Assembly (NCBI GenBank): GCA_001244265.2
Contig: CDLV01000006.1
Coordinates: forward strand, 2,852,001 to 2,909,332
Length of the DNA stretch: 57,332 bases
From: Microbotryum violaceum
Lineage: Eukaryota
Direction of reading: 5' to 3'
Shown here: positions 1 through 10,940 of the stretch, piece by piece
Layout: each line of letters starts with the position of its first letter
Numbering within the stretch: position 1 is the stretch's first letter
Translations under genes and position numbers: made by a program
The notes under the pieces: model-generated
What the model was told of the DNA's origin: nothing
Seen by the model: the letters and a program-made list of their open reading frames with translations, nothing else
Databases searched by the model: none

Positions 1-1
1 G

Positions 2-532
2 TATTCGACCGCGGCTACACCGAATGTTACCTTCCCCTTCCTGCGACCTGTGCTACTCCTCCCCGATCCTTCAATCTACTACCTCGCGATCCTGATCGAC
101 CTCGTTCTTCGATTCACGTGGTCGCTCAAGATGTCGTCTCATTTGCACTCGATTCACGAGATCGAATCGGGCATCTTTCTGATGGAAGCGTTGGAGGTCT
201 TCCGAAGGTGGATGTGGGTCTATTTAAGGATGGAATGGGAGGCCGTGAGGAAGGGTGGTGGAGGGTTAGGGACGAATCCTTCTTCTGCGATGGATAAGGA
301 AGATGGGGAATCGTCGACGTTTCGACCGAGGTTGGGCGCGAATGGGTTGAACTCGACGGGGTCGAGCGAGGAGGAGATCGAATTGGTCCGGAGGGCTCAG
401 AGGAGGGACGAGGGCGGGTATAGAGATGAGTCCCTTCCTTTGGAGGAGGAGTTAATTGGGATGGTATCGAGCGAGGAGGTTGACGAGACTGGGTTGGGAA
501 TTGTTGTTCCGAATCCGGGGTTGACCAAATGA
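2..532 (+). CDS. EXS-domain (ERD1/XPR1/SYG1 family) membrane protein, 3' end (5'-partial)
   Basis: YYLAILIDLVLRFTWSLK...FLMEALEVFRRWMWVYLRMEWE is the EXS C-terminal signature. The frame is open from the window start. Confidence 0.85.
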   Translation, partial: YSTAATPNVTFPFLRPVLLLPDPSIYYLAILIDLVLRFTWSLKMSSHLHSIHEIESGIFLMEALEVFRRWMWVYLRMEWEAVRKGGGGLGTNPSSAMDKEDGESSTFRPRLGANGLNSTGSSEEEIELVRRAQRRDEGGYRDESLPLEEELIGMVSSEEVDETGLGIVVPNPGLTK

Positions 533-1546
533 GCGTTTGTGCGACGATGGTTGAGGGGGCGGCGAAAGGGGAGGCTCTTCACAGATGGGGTCTGTGGGCT
601 TTCTTCTCTTGCGAAAACCTTTTTTATTCCCTTTCGCTATAGAATGCTATGATTATGATATCACGATCGTGTTGTGGAATATCTCACGAAATGCAGCGAC
701 TGACGCGGGTCAGTCGGCGATGGCGAGCCATGCCCATGCACGTGACTTGAGGCGATCTGGACCACTTCGTGCGTTTCCGACGAAGTAGGCTTGGTTTCTC
801 GTTATGAAGGCGAACTCGGCAGATAGCGACACGTCGGCGATTACTCCTTGGGGATCCAGGCCGCGATAGGGTATTGTACGCTCCAAGGTGGGAACCACTC
901 GACCTGTAACGAACCGAGGGTAGTCGATATTCTACTTCAGTCTGGTGTTATGAGGTGGCGCGCAAGCTGCAGCGCCGCGGAGGTGACGGTGAGCGAGTTG
1001 AGCGGCCTAGTCGACTGCCTGCGATACTTCGCCAATCGTTCCACCGTCGAGTAGCCGAGTCACCAAACAAGTAGGTGTCAATTTCATGTGTCAATTTTAT
1101 GTGCCCCAGCATAAAGCTATGTGCGCCGTAGCTCAGCCATCGGCACGAGACTCGAGTCTCCGAGTCGACACGCTCCAGACTCCAGCCTCCTCTGTTCATG
1201 GGCGACCGGCGCCCGGACCGAAGGCTTTCCGGTGTCTCGGAAGAAGAGACCCACGCGAAAAGTTGAGCGCTAACGGTGTGCTTCACAGTTTCAAAACCGG
1301 TTTATTTCTATCTCGAACCGAAAGAGCGTGATGCAAGCCCAAAGAACCACAAGGAGGTCCATCTCGGTGACCGTGCCGACGACTCCGCGCTGGCGCGGGC
1401 TGTCCGCGTTGCGGCGACGGAGTTCAGTCGTCGCCGCCTTCGCCGGACCACAATCGCATGCACTGCACAACCTCGAGAAACATATCGGACGTTTAAATCT
1501 GCCAAGAACGACGAAAAGATGATCACTCGAAAGGGATCGAGCGTTA

Positions 1547-1736
1547 TGTTAGAAGCGGGGTCTGAGAGCCTAACTCTTTTCTATTAGCCTTGTTAATTCT
1601 TTATTCTGCGTGCGCGCCTATCTCTGTCTTTGCGTTTTTTTTCTTTTCTGGTCTTCTTCTCCACGCTATTCTCATCATCTCACTCGTGTATCTCGGAGCT
1701 GAGTCGTGGAGTACCTCTTGGTCCTTATCTGTAAAA
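1547..1736 (+). repeat. 5' LTR of the Copia element
   Basis: TGTTAGAAG...CTGTAAAA, roughly 94-95% identical to 4008-4200 by eye (about 9 substitutions plus a 3-bp indel). Confidence 0.95.
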
Positions 1737-1740
1737 GGTT

Positions 1741-2580
1741 ATGAGCTCAGCGAGCGAATCCGATTCCCACAATGGGGCGGGCAATCGCTTGTACCTCAAG
1801 GACACCAAAGGGTACAAGAGTTGGGCGTCAAAGGCGTATCTCAATTTACGAGGCGACGCACTATGGGACGTTGTTATCCGCTCGGTAGACTCCCTCGTCG
1901 CGGACTATCGGTCCACCCTCGTTTCCGCCAATGCAACTGCGTCCGTCGCGCCTGTTGAACCAACCTCCCCAGCCTTAGCGGGCTCCGGAGGGAGATCTGG
2001 TTCCGCGCCTTCAGCGGACGTCTTGCCCACTCTCACCAGCGTCCAAATTGCGGACAAAGTCGCGGCATTTCGCGATAAAGCCGGCCGTCGGAACGAGTTA
2101 GCATGCAAGTTCCTCGCCAATGCGCTTTCCGAAGAACAGATGGGCCATTGCGAACATCTCGACTCTGCGAAGGACACTTGGGACACGCTGAAAGGGATCC
2201 ACTCTCTCAGTCAATCGAGTCGTACCATGGATTTGCTCAGTGTTCTGATGCAACAATACACGGGTGATATCCCGTTCAAGGAGTTCTTCAACAAGGTCAA
2301 GATTACCATGATTGACTTCAAGAACCTCGATGCTCCGCTTCCGAACTGGTTGTTTGCAGCGATGCTTGTTCGCTCACATCTTGACCAGTACGACTCGATC
2401 GTTGGCAACCTCGCGTCCGATGTCGACATCCACATGGACTGGAACGCGTTCTATCCTAAGCTCCTCATGAACGTCGAGTTGGCCGAGTCTCGTAACAGGC
2501 AGAAGGCATCGCTATCCGATCGAATTGTTGATGATAGCAGCCTCGTCGCTCGTATCTCTACTACTGCGCCAAAGGACTAG
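1741..2580 (+). pseudogene. Copia gag (UBN2-like), ending in a stop just before a degenerate zinc knuckle
   Basis: ATG overlaps the PBS. YKSWASKAYLNLRGDALWDVV and SAKDTWDTLK are Copia gag-like. YCSRSKVHGH (broken CCHC) follows the TAG. Confidence 0.8.
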
Positions 2581-3006
2581 TCCAAGTTGTATTGTTCTCG
2601 CAGCAAGGTCCACGGTCACAAACGTGGTTGGCGTCTGTAGTAGAGATACGAGCGACGAGGCTGCTATCGTCAACAATTCGATCGGATAGCGATGCCTTCT
2701 GTCTGTTACGAGACTCGGCCAGCTCGACGTTCATAAGGAGCTTAGGATAGAACGCGTTCCAGTCGGATTACCTCCGATGGACGAAGAGGATGAGGACAAC
2801 GACAGGCCGGAGGACTTCCATGATGCAGAGGAATCTCTCGACGGCGAGGCGGAAGTCGCTCTCGCTCCTCGTGAAGGTTACGCGATCGTGCGTACTGGTC
2901 CAAACCCAGGCAAGTTTGAGAATGTCGATCGCTCCAACATCCTCCTGCTGGCTCTCGTCGTCGACATCAACCTCCCGACAAGGTTCTGCCCATCATTGCC
3001 GCTATC

Positions 3007-3903
3007 ATGGTCGATGTACTTGATAATCCACCTTTGTTCCACGACAAACTATCCTACGATGCCTACTGCGCTGCGGTGTTCGCCGAGGAAGACATCGAGA
3101 TCCCCAAGACCTTCGAGGAGGCTATGAAGTCACCGTATCGCAACCATTGGATTGAGGCCATGGTCTCGGAGCTCCTTCAATTCGATCATGATGGAGTCTT
3201 CCAGGAAGTCACGTGGCACGAAGGAATTCGGGTACTTGGCACGATCTGGGTCTACAATATCAAGCGCGATGCGAACGGGAAGATCATTCGTTTCAAAGCT
3301 CGCCTTGTTGCTCGAGGGTATATGACGGCCACTGCCGACGCCTGTCTCTACATCAAGCATTCGGGAACTTCGTTTGCTATCATCACTCTTTTCGTTGATG
3401 ATGGTCTCATCGCCTCCAATGATCAATCGTTCTTGGAGTCCGAGCTCGTTTCACTTCACAAGGCCTTCAAGCTCAAGCGTCTTGGTCTGGTGTCGTACTT
3501 CCTTGGCTTCGAGGTTCATCGCACCAAGGATCACATTCTCGTTCATCAGAGCAAGTACGTTTGGACCATGCTCGAGAAGTTCGACTTTGCCTCGCCCTCC
3601 AAGCGTCGTGCTTTCACGCCGATGGATGACCGTCCTTCGCTTCGAATCGATACAACTCCTTTTGCCGACATTCCAATGTACCAGTCTGCTGTGGGTTCTC
3701 TCCAATACGCTTCGACTCGATGCCGACCCGATATTGCGATCGCTGTGCGTGCCGTGGCTCAAAAGAACTCCTGTCCTAACGTCGACGATTGGGCTGCAGT
3801 CAAGCGTATCTTCCGCTATCTCAACAGTACTGTCGATTGGGGAATCCTGTATCGCAACAGCTACTCGGGTGATGATCTACTCCTACGCCTCCTTCGCCGA
3901 TGA
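3007..3903 (+). pseudogene. Copia reverse transcriptase (RVT_2) remnant
   Basis: PKTFEEAM, WVYNIKRD...FKARLVARGY, LFVDDGL, YQSAVGSLQY...RPDIA, VKRIFRYL. A large segment is deleted after ARGY. Protease, integrase and most of RNase H are absent. Confidence 0.92.
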
Positions 3904-4007
3904 TCCGCTGCGGATTTGATGACCAAGCCTGTGGGCCCTCAGCGCTTCGATGATCAACTCCGCGCACTTCTTGGAACGGTCTCGTTAGGCTCTTTGACCG
4001 GTGGGAG

Positions 4008-4200
4008 TGTTAGAAGTGGGGTCTGAGGGCCTAACTCTTTTCTATTAGCCTTGTTAATTCTTTAATCTGCGTGCGCGCCTAACTCTGTCTTTGCGTCTGT
4101 TTTCTTTGCTGGTCTTCTTCTCCACGCTACTAGTCTCATCATCTCACTCGTGTATCTCGGAGCTTAGTCGTGGAGTACCTCTTAGTCCTTATCTGTAAAA
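4008..4200 (+). repeat. 3' LTR of the Copia element
   Basis: Direct repeat of 1547-1736, followed by TSD CGTTA. Confidence 0.95.
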
Positions 4201-4337
4201 CGTTACCGTTAAAATGGGAACCGAACGACGACCGAGTTTGTTCGTCGAGGCCCTCGTGGCGATCAATTCGTTCTCGAGACCGCTCTTGCGCAAAGCCTCG
4301 GCGTTCAAGCTCGACTCGATATGGTCGTTCCGGGGAC

Positions 4338-4700
4338 TGTGGTACTCGGGATCCCGTCGGAGTCATTTCGGACATAGCGGACCGAGTTCAGAAGTCATTT
4401 CGGACAAAGTGGGCCGGGTTCAGGAGTCATTCCGGTTGAAGTGGGTTCGGGTCATTTTAGCGGGGTCGAGTTCCGGAGTCGTTTCGGTCGAAGCAGGGTC
4501 GAGTTTCGAGGGCCGAGTTCGGGAGTCAATGCAAGTTCCACCGGTTCGGGAAGGGTCAAGACGCCGGTTTCGGCAGAATTACCAGCGATTAAGCGGTCCC
4601 GGATAAACTCAGTACTCGGTGACTCGAGACTTGACTGTCAGCGACGAATCATGTGGCGGGATTTGAATGGAAGACCGGGCCGGATGCGCGGATGGAGAGG
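4338..4700 (+). repeat. Left inverted repeat with ~31-bp internal subrepeats
   Basis: 4530-4700 matches the reverse complement of 18427-18597 with 2 mismatches. The outer part is built of GAGTCATTTCGGACATAGCGGGCCGGGTTCAG-like units. Confidence 0.92.
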
Positions 4701-4985
4701 CTTTTTTGCTATGCACCGTTGAAGGGCGACGTGCACCGCGTCGTAGGCCTCACTCGCAGAAAGCGAAGTTTTGTTCACGTAGAGGGTGACGTAGAACAAG
4801 ATCGCCCGACCCAGCTCTCCAAAGCCCGCGAACATGACATCGGTGTTGCACTTGAGGAGCTCGACGCACAGTGGATTGTAACCGTCAAGTCGAGGTTCCA
4901 GACGCTTCAATTCGATCTTGCCTGTATCGATGTCAACGCTAGTCTCTGCTCGGATTGTCCCATTGATACGATAACGGCATGTATC

Positions 4986-5147
4986 TGTTGGAATCAACGA
5001 TGATCCCGAAATGATCAACAAAAGTAGAGAAAACGGCTGGACCAGGAGTCGAACCTGGGTCACTTCCATTACTCGGCTCGGAAAAGCTTTGACCTCTAAG
5101 CTATCCGGCCCCCGATATCAGTGCAAGGTCTACTAACACCTTCAACA
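4986..5147. mobile_element. Solo LTR (162 bp) carrying a tRNA-like cloverleaf, inserted in Helitron Rep
   Basis: TGTTGG...TCAACA ends, flanks GTATC/GTTTC (4 of 5 match). Removal restores ..PTDET-CRYRING... Direct copy at 18868-19023. Confidence 0.85.
5034..5110 (-). ncRNA. tRNA-like Pol III unit inside the LTR (aberrant 12-nt anticodon loop)
   Basis: GGCCGGA-TA-GCTT AGAGGTCA AAGC-T-TTTCC [GAGCCGAGTAAT] GGAAG-TGAC-CCAGG TTCGACT CCTGG-TCCAGCC, followed by TTTT. Confidence 0.7.
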
Positions 5148-7343
5148 GTTTCGTCCGTGGGAACCACGCCAGGTCTTTGATTCTTGATGCAGCTTGAGTT
5201 ATGAATGTGAGACTGGAACGCGTTGGCGAGATCAGCAATGTACTGGGGAAAATGCTCACTGTCCAAGGCCGGAGGTTTGCGTAGTGCCGGATGTGGCTTG
5301 TCAGGGGCTGTTGGGAGTGCTTTTTTGGGATCAGCTCCGAGTTCACGGTTCAGGTCCATATTCTGTGCAGTCTGTCCGGGATATGCTTGTTGCGTCAGTG
5401 ATTCGAGCCAGTTTACGAGGTCGCGTTCCGCGGTTGGCTCGGCCGTCAAATCCTTCCGAAGATCGTTTGGTGAAGGATGCCCCTCAAGCCAAATAAGCAT
5501 GTGCGCGTGTAGTGTTCCGCGCATCTGCGTTTCAACAACCCCGTAATGTGCTACATGTTTCCCGAATAATCCAGGTCGCTGATGTTTGTCGCCTGCTCGA
5601 ACTATGATCTTCAAGGATTGCTTGAGCGTAATATCGAACATTTCGGCAGCTGCTGCGGGATTGGGATTCGCTGCAACAATCTGCGCCCGTCGCTCTGCAG
5701 GATAGCCGAATGCGTCGAGAAGGTCCTCATCAAGGTTGATTTTGCATCCCGCCAGTTTCAGTAGTAAGGGTGAGTGTAAATCTGCCGGGTTGACGGTGAC
5801 GAAGAGGTGTACATACCGAAGGCGTTGACGTATCCGCGGATCTCATTCCTCATGTCGAGCATCTGCGCAGTTGTGCCGTGAATTTTGTTTCCAACACTTT
5901 GCAATTCCGTCGGAATACGCTCGATATGCTTATCTGCTTCTGTTGTTGCCTTGTACCTTTTCGTGTCCTTGGATTTTTTGATCATTTCGGACACAACATC
6001 CATGTCGATTTCGAGCAGTGCTGTTGCGATTCGCGCCACCTTCTCTTCGGGGACCCGAAAAGCGAGTTGGCGAAACACGTCTGGTCGGCGGAGCATGTTC
6101 GAGACGATGCCAAATGGGAAAGACGGGTCGCATCGAAAATCGCTGTCGTACAGATTGAGCCAATGCTTGACTTGCTCGTCCAGAGAAATTTTACGTCGCG
6201 CTCGACACATAAACTGATGAGACCAAATGGATCGAGGTGTGGCCACAGCTTCGATAGCAGGAGCTTATCTGAAGATTCCCACAAAGGGGTGTCGCCTGTC
6301 GGAATGACATAGGTCGGCTTGTCTTGGTTAAACTAACGGAGAGCTTTCTCAAAGAACTGCCATGAGTGGATTGGTTCGTCGGTAGGGGATGGCCGCACAT
6401 GGACGTGTTCGAAGACTGGTTCATCAGAGTCGTTATGCGTTGTTGCGTAGCCTTCAAAGAGCGATGATGTTGGTTCCACTGTCTCTGCGGTCACCACATT
6501 CGTCAAAACTACGTCGGGCACGAGACCGTCTCCATCCGCGATTTGTTGATCCGATACTTGGGGAGCAACCGGGACGGAAGCCGAAGTCGAACTGGAAGCT
6601 GAAACCGCCGTAGAAGCTGGAGGTCTGGTCGAGCGCACCGGAACTGCGTCGAACGAGCTGTGCAAGTCTTTCGCCATCAAAGGAGACGGCAGAGTACGTC
6701 GGATTCTTGCTTTCGTTGGTCAACCACCTAAGCATCTTTTGGATTCGATTCTGCTTCACGATCATGGGTCGACACTTGTCCAGCTTCGCAAGATTGGGGC
6801 TCCCTCCGCAGAATGCACACACTGTCAGCGAGTTCCTCGAATGACATGGGCAGTGCATCCGTGAACGAAGCGGTGTTTTGGCTTGAGATGAGGGTGTTTC
6901 CGCGCGTAAGTTCTTGTTGAGCTTTGGGATATCCGAAACGAGTTAGCTTGTACACGATCTTGTAGGTTCTGGCGCGCGCAGTGACGAGGTGCTCAAGCTG
7001 ACTCGCGTTGGAGAAGCATTCTCGGACATCAGCGGAGACCATCGATCCGGTCCGCTCGACAGCGCTCGACAGGCACGCCTTGACGCGGCTTGGCCTCTTG
7101 CCTGAGTCGTCGCTTCGTCGCTGCACACAACATAGTCACCACCGACATCCGTGATCAGCGTGTAGCCCTCCTAATTCTGCTCACGTAGACCAATCCAGTT
7201 TGTCAGAGTACGCTCATGTGAGTCACGTCCACCCGCCGTCGCGGAAAGTTCCAATTGCCATGTCTCGAACTTCGAACATTGACGAGCTCGTTGCGCCGTG
7301 TACAGCATTCAACAGTTCGCTTCGCCTTCCCCTCGTACTCATA

Positions 7344-9756
7344 ATGTCCCACGCTCAACCCGGCGAAAGCCGCAGCAGTGCTGAACACTGCACTGAACAG
7401 CGAACGCCCCCCGACTCTCCCAGTACGAGTCAGCACACCGACAGCTCGCCTTCGACAAGCCCGTCGTTCAAGTTCGACTCGCCCCGCGCGCATCCACCGC
7501 CGGGTCGGCCACTTGGTCCTCGCCCCCACCGCAATGGGACGATAAGTCTCAGTCGCATGGGTCCGACCAAGAAGCAACGTCAGCGCCCAAAGCAGCGTCG
7601 GCCACGTCGACCCCGGCTCGAAGCGACACCAAGCCACCCCCGTTCGTCGTGTCAGTCGCGTGACTAGGCTCAGGTCTCTGGGCTCTTCACCTGGCGAGAG
7701 CAATGACGGAGACCGCGAGATCGAATGGGCGGGATTGGCGCACTTTTTCCTCGCGCCGTTGACCGACGACATTGACACAACCGTGGTCCCAGAGATCGTG
7801 TGGGAAGACGGAAAGCCAACGTTGGTGAGTGCGCGCAGGGCACATGATGACCATCGGTCTCTGGTGAACGTGCCCGAACTGAGTTTGACCACCGAGTGAA
7901 CAGAAGAGTCGAGGTCGCTTGCTGAGCTTCCAAGAAGACAACAAAAGCGTCGACGTTTATGATCCTTCGATTATCCCGGACGTTGTCCTCCTAACTCGCG
8001 AAGCATTCGAGGCCGACCCAAGTCTGGTAGCTACCTGGACATCGGACGACGAGGACGCCTACGATGATACGCGGTCGTGGTCACAAGTTGCTGCCGTTGC
8101 CGAAATTAGCAGGACGTCGAATATCGATCCATCCGACTCCGACTCGGATATTGTGTCCGGCCCTGAGCGCCTACGAGAATCCCTGTTCGAGCTCGTCTCG
8201 CAATCGCTCCGATCTCACGCGTTCGGGTTCGGCCTCTGTGACAACCTTCTCGAGATCGTCCTCCATACTCCAAGTGGTCGTTTTTGCAGCCCCACAATCT
8301 ACTGTACCGAAGCGAATGGTGACCTTGCAACCTTTCTGACGAGACTGCTCAGCCTGAGCGATCGCGAGCTCGGCATCATCTCCTCATTGCGTGACCGTGT
8401 CGGTTCGACCTCGTTCTCGTTCCCGTCGTGCGAGCTTCCATCTCGGGTTCCGCTGTTTGAGAAGCGTCTCTCGGGCTCCCCTCGTCTCGAAGACATCAGA
8501 ATCCTCGAAACACTCTCCAAGTCCGACTCCATCTTTGGACGTCACACCTCGGCCTATCGCGTTTCCGTCGGCGGCGAAAGTTCGACTGCGCACACCGAGT
8601 ACGCGATGACGGTCTCGTTCGTCGAAGAAGCTCGCTGCGACGAACACGATCGCATCCGTCTCGCCATCACCAACGCGTTACCGAGGATCGACAAGGGCTC
8701 ACCAACATCGTCGACGTGTATCGCGAGAGTGACTTTGTCGTCGTCCCCCACTTTCTCCCTGCGGATCTCCCCTTCAGAGCGTGGGGTCTCAAGCCGCGCG
8801 CGATGGAGGTGACGTTCCATGAACACTGCTTCGAGCCAATCTGCGTCGTCGATTCGACCGAAGCGTTGGCACGCGTTATTCTGGGGGCCGTTCAAGGTAT
8901 GGGCGCTCAATTACTTTCTGTGATATGCTTTCCTCGCGCCCTTGGCTGATCATGGTGGCATCTATCCACTGCAGGCCTAGGCAGTCTTTACCGCCTACGC
9001 ATCCTTCATCGGGACGTTTCCGCTTCGAACGTCATGGTCGCATCTGACGGCAACGGGGTGTTGGTCGACTACGACACTGCGGTGTTCATGGACGGGCCAG
9101 AGGGGGAAGCCGAACGCAAGAAAAATGTTGTGAGTATCTTTCCCAGATTGATCAAGGGTGCCTCTGCCAAGTCCGCCGTACTCTACCGTTGCTGATGATT
9201 CCCGAGGGACGGACAACGCCAGGGGACGCTTGCATATCGCGCGCGGGAGCTGGTGGAGGAGTACAAAACGCGACCAACGTTTCTTCATCAGCCATGGCAT
9301 GATATCGAATCACTCGTCTACGTGACAATGTTTGCCGTATTCATACAGCCTAATGGACCCGACGACTCGAGCGAGCTTTCGGACAAGACCAGAGGCATTT
9401 GGCAGCTGTGGAATTCGAAATTGGGCGCCGTCGACTCGAAGACGATGCTCTTCCTAGCGCCTTGGGGACCGCAAGAGTTGTTCGAGCCCTTCAAGGAGTT
9501 CTGGAAGGAGGATCTGGCTACGCTCGTCCAGACGGTCGCCAAGTACTGCGGCCTGGGTGTGCCGCGCACTCCGTGGGCTACGCGGTTCGACGAAACCGCC
9601 ATCCTCGAACCTCGTTGGGCAAGTGGCGAATTCACGCACGGCCAGTTGGCCTCGAACTTGTTAGCGTTGCTCGTGAGCATCGGGCAGAGGAACGCGCCGG
9701 AGAGTGAACCGCCTAGAGTTCCCAGGGATAGAGCAGGACGGGTGCTGTTTTTGTAG
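7344..9756 (+). pseudogene. FunK1-type fungal protein kinase with N-terminal REase-like domain (gene A); multi-exon, frameshifted
   Basis: Spliced sequence gives LHRDVSASNVM..VLVDYDTA..GTLAYRA..HQPWHDIESLVYV. N-domain IPDVV..WSQVAAVAEIS. Introns at 7825-7903, 8897-8974 and about 9130-9222. Frameshift near 8682 and probably further ones in the 5' exon. Confidence 0.8.
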
Positions 9757-10720
9757 TGTAAGCGTTTGAATGAAATTGCAGTGCTTTTTGACAGAGATAC
9801 CTGTGTGCCGAGGACCATTGGCATGATTCGCCTCAGTCGCTGGCAGCTCGCCCTTCATCTCCTGCGGGCGCCCCTGCGGGAGCACCTGCGCTGCGAGAGG
9901 GGAGCCCGGGAAGCTCGGAGACGAGAGACGACCCACACGAAAATGCCCATTCCTCCGGCCACCCGTAAGCTTTTACCCATGCTCTCCTCGAACAGAACGA
10001 GTCTTTCGGTCGCGGTTCGAGCCCTTTGGGAGAAAGCCGACCGTCTTTCCGATCACATCTGGTCTGGTGGAGGAGTCCTTTTTGTTGTTGTTTTGAGACT
10101 CCGCACGGTTACTGTGGAGTGGAAGACGACTGTTGCAATCAGCTCTTAGAATCCTTGCCAGAACCTCTGCGTGTCATTATACATCGTGACCCGCACAGGC
10201 TGGGAAAGTTCAGGATTAAGGTGAGGGCTCCTGTGGGCAGAAGGTATGGGCGCCGCGCAACAGAGGCGCTGCTCGGGGCTCTGAACCGGACCAAACCCTT
10301 TGGTGACCTTGGTCGCCCCGTTCCTCCTCGCCCCATGTGCTTTCGGAAAGTGAAATTAAGTTCCTACGATCAGTCACTGCGATCAACCGTCAAGACGTTG
10401 CGTCAAGTATTCATCACGACTAAAGAGCACCTTTGACAGCCATCCATCCTTCATCAAGATCTGACCTCTGGACAACGTCCGTGGGGCTCAGTGAGCGACC
10501 AGAGGTCGAATTGCCAACAAAGCTTGTCATTATATGGTTGCATCGTCCTTCAGTCTACGTATAGTACCTGTTATGGTACTTCATCTTGAGCCTCTAGCGA
10601 CTTCATGAATCCCTTCAGCACCTCATTTGTCTTACCCTTTTTTAGTCACTATTAGCTCTTTATTATCTCCGCTTATCATCCCTTCCTAGTCCTTCTGGAG
10701 TTTGTCCCTTAGCCTTTGGC

Positions 10721-10842
10721 CACTCTGTTCTCGTCCCGTTCCATTGGACTGAGTCGTGGTCTTCATCAGGTATGCATTCTCTGGAATCCTACTCACTCTG
10801 TTCTCGTCCCGTTCCATTGGACTGAGTCGTGGTCTTCATCAG
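10721..10842. repeat. Exact 49-bp direct repeat, 2 copies, 24-bp spacer
   Basis: CACTCTGTTCTCGTCCCGTTCCATTGGACTGAGTCGTGGTCTTCATCAG at 10721-10769 and 10794-10842. Confidence 0.95.
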
Positions 10843-10940
10843 TTACCACATGAGAACATTTTTACAATAAAGCTTCCCCTGTGCCTTGGACCAAATCATA
10901 CAAGGCAGAGCCTTCAGAACCTTCAAAAACGACAAACACC

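Larger units (their letters stand above)
1547..4200 (+). mobile_element. Ty1/Copia LTR retrotransposon, internally deleted and non-autonomous
   Basis: Two direct ~190-bp LTRs (1547-1736, 4008-4200). 5-bp TSD CGTTA at 1542-1546 and 4201-4205. PBS GGTTATGAGC directly after the 5' LTR and purine tract GGTGGGAG before the 3' LTR. Gag and RT remnants inside. Confidence 0.95.
4701..7126 (-). pseudogene. Helitron Rep (HUH endonuclease) and upstream domains, frameshifted; helicase missing
   Basis: GLFGKHVAHYGVVETQMRGTLHAHMLIW (HUH motif), QSHIHNSSCIK..CRY, YNP..LKCNTDV, FYVTLYVNK (Tyr motif), FRCDPSFPF. Several frameshifts. Interrupted by a solo LTR. Confidence 0.88.

Noticed and set aside
585..1540. 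Short overlapping ORFs after the EXS gene
   Set aside because: No recognisable motifs. Part may be the decayed 5' end of the thioesterase gene, but a stop at 1520 prevents a confident call.
4986..5147. SINE or ordinary host tRNA gene
   Set aside because: The tRNA-like part is internal to a TG..CA unit with 5-bp TSDs, there is no A-rich tail, and the anticodon loops are aberrant.
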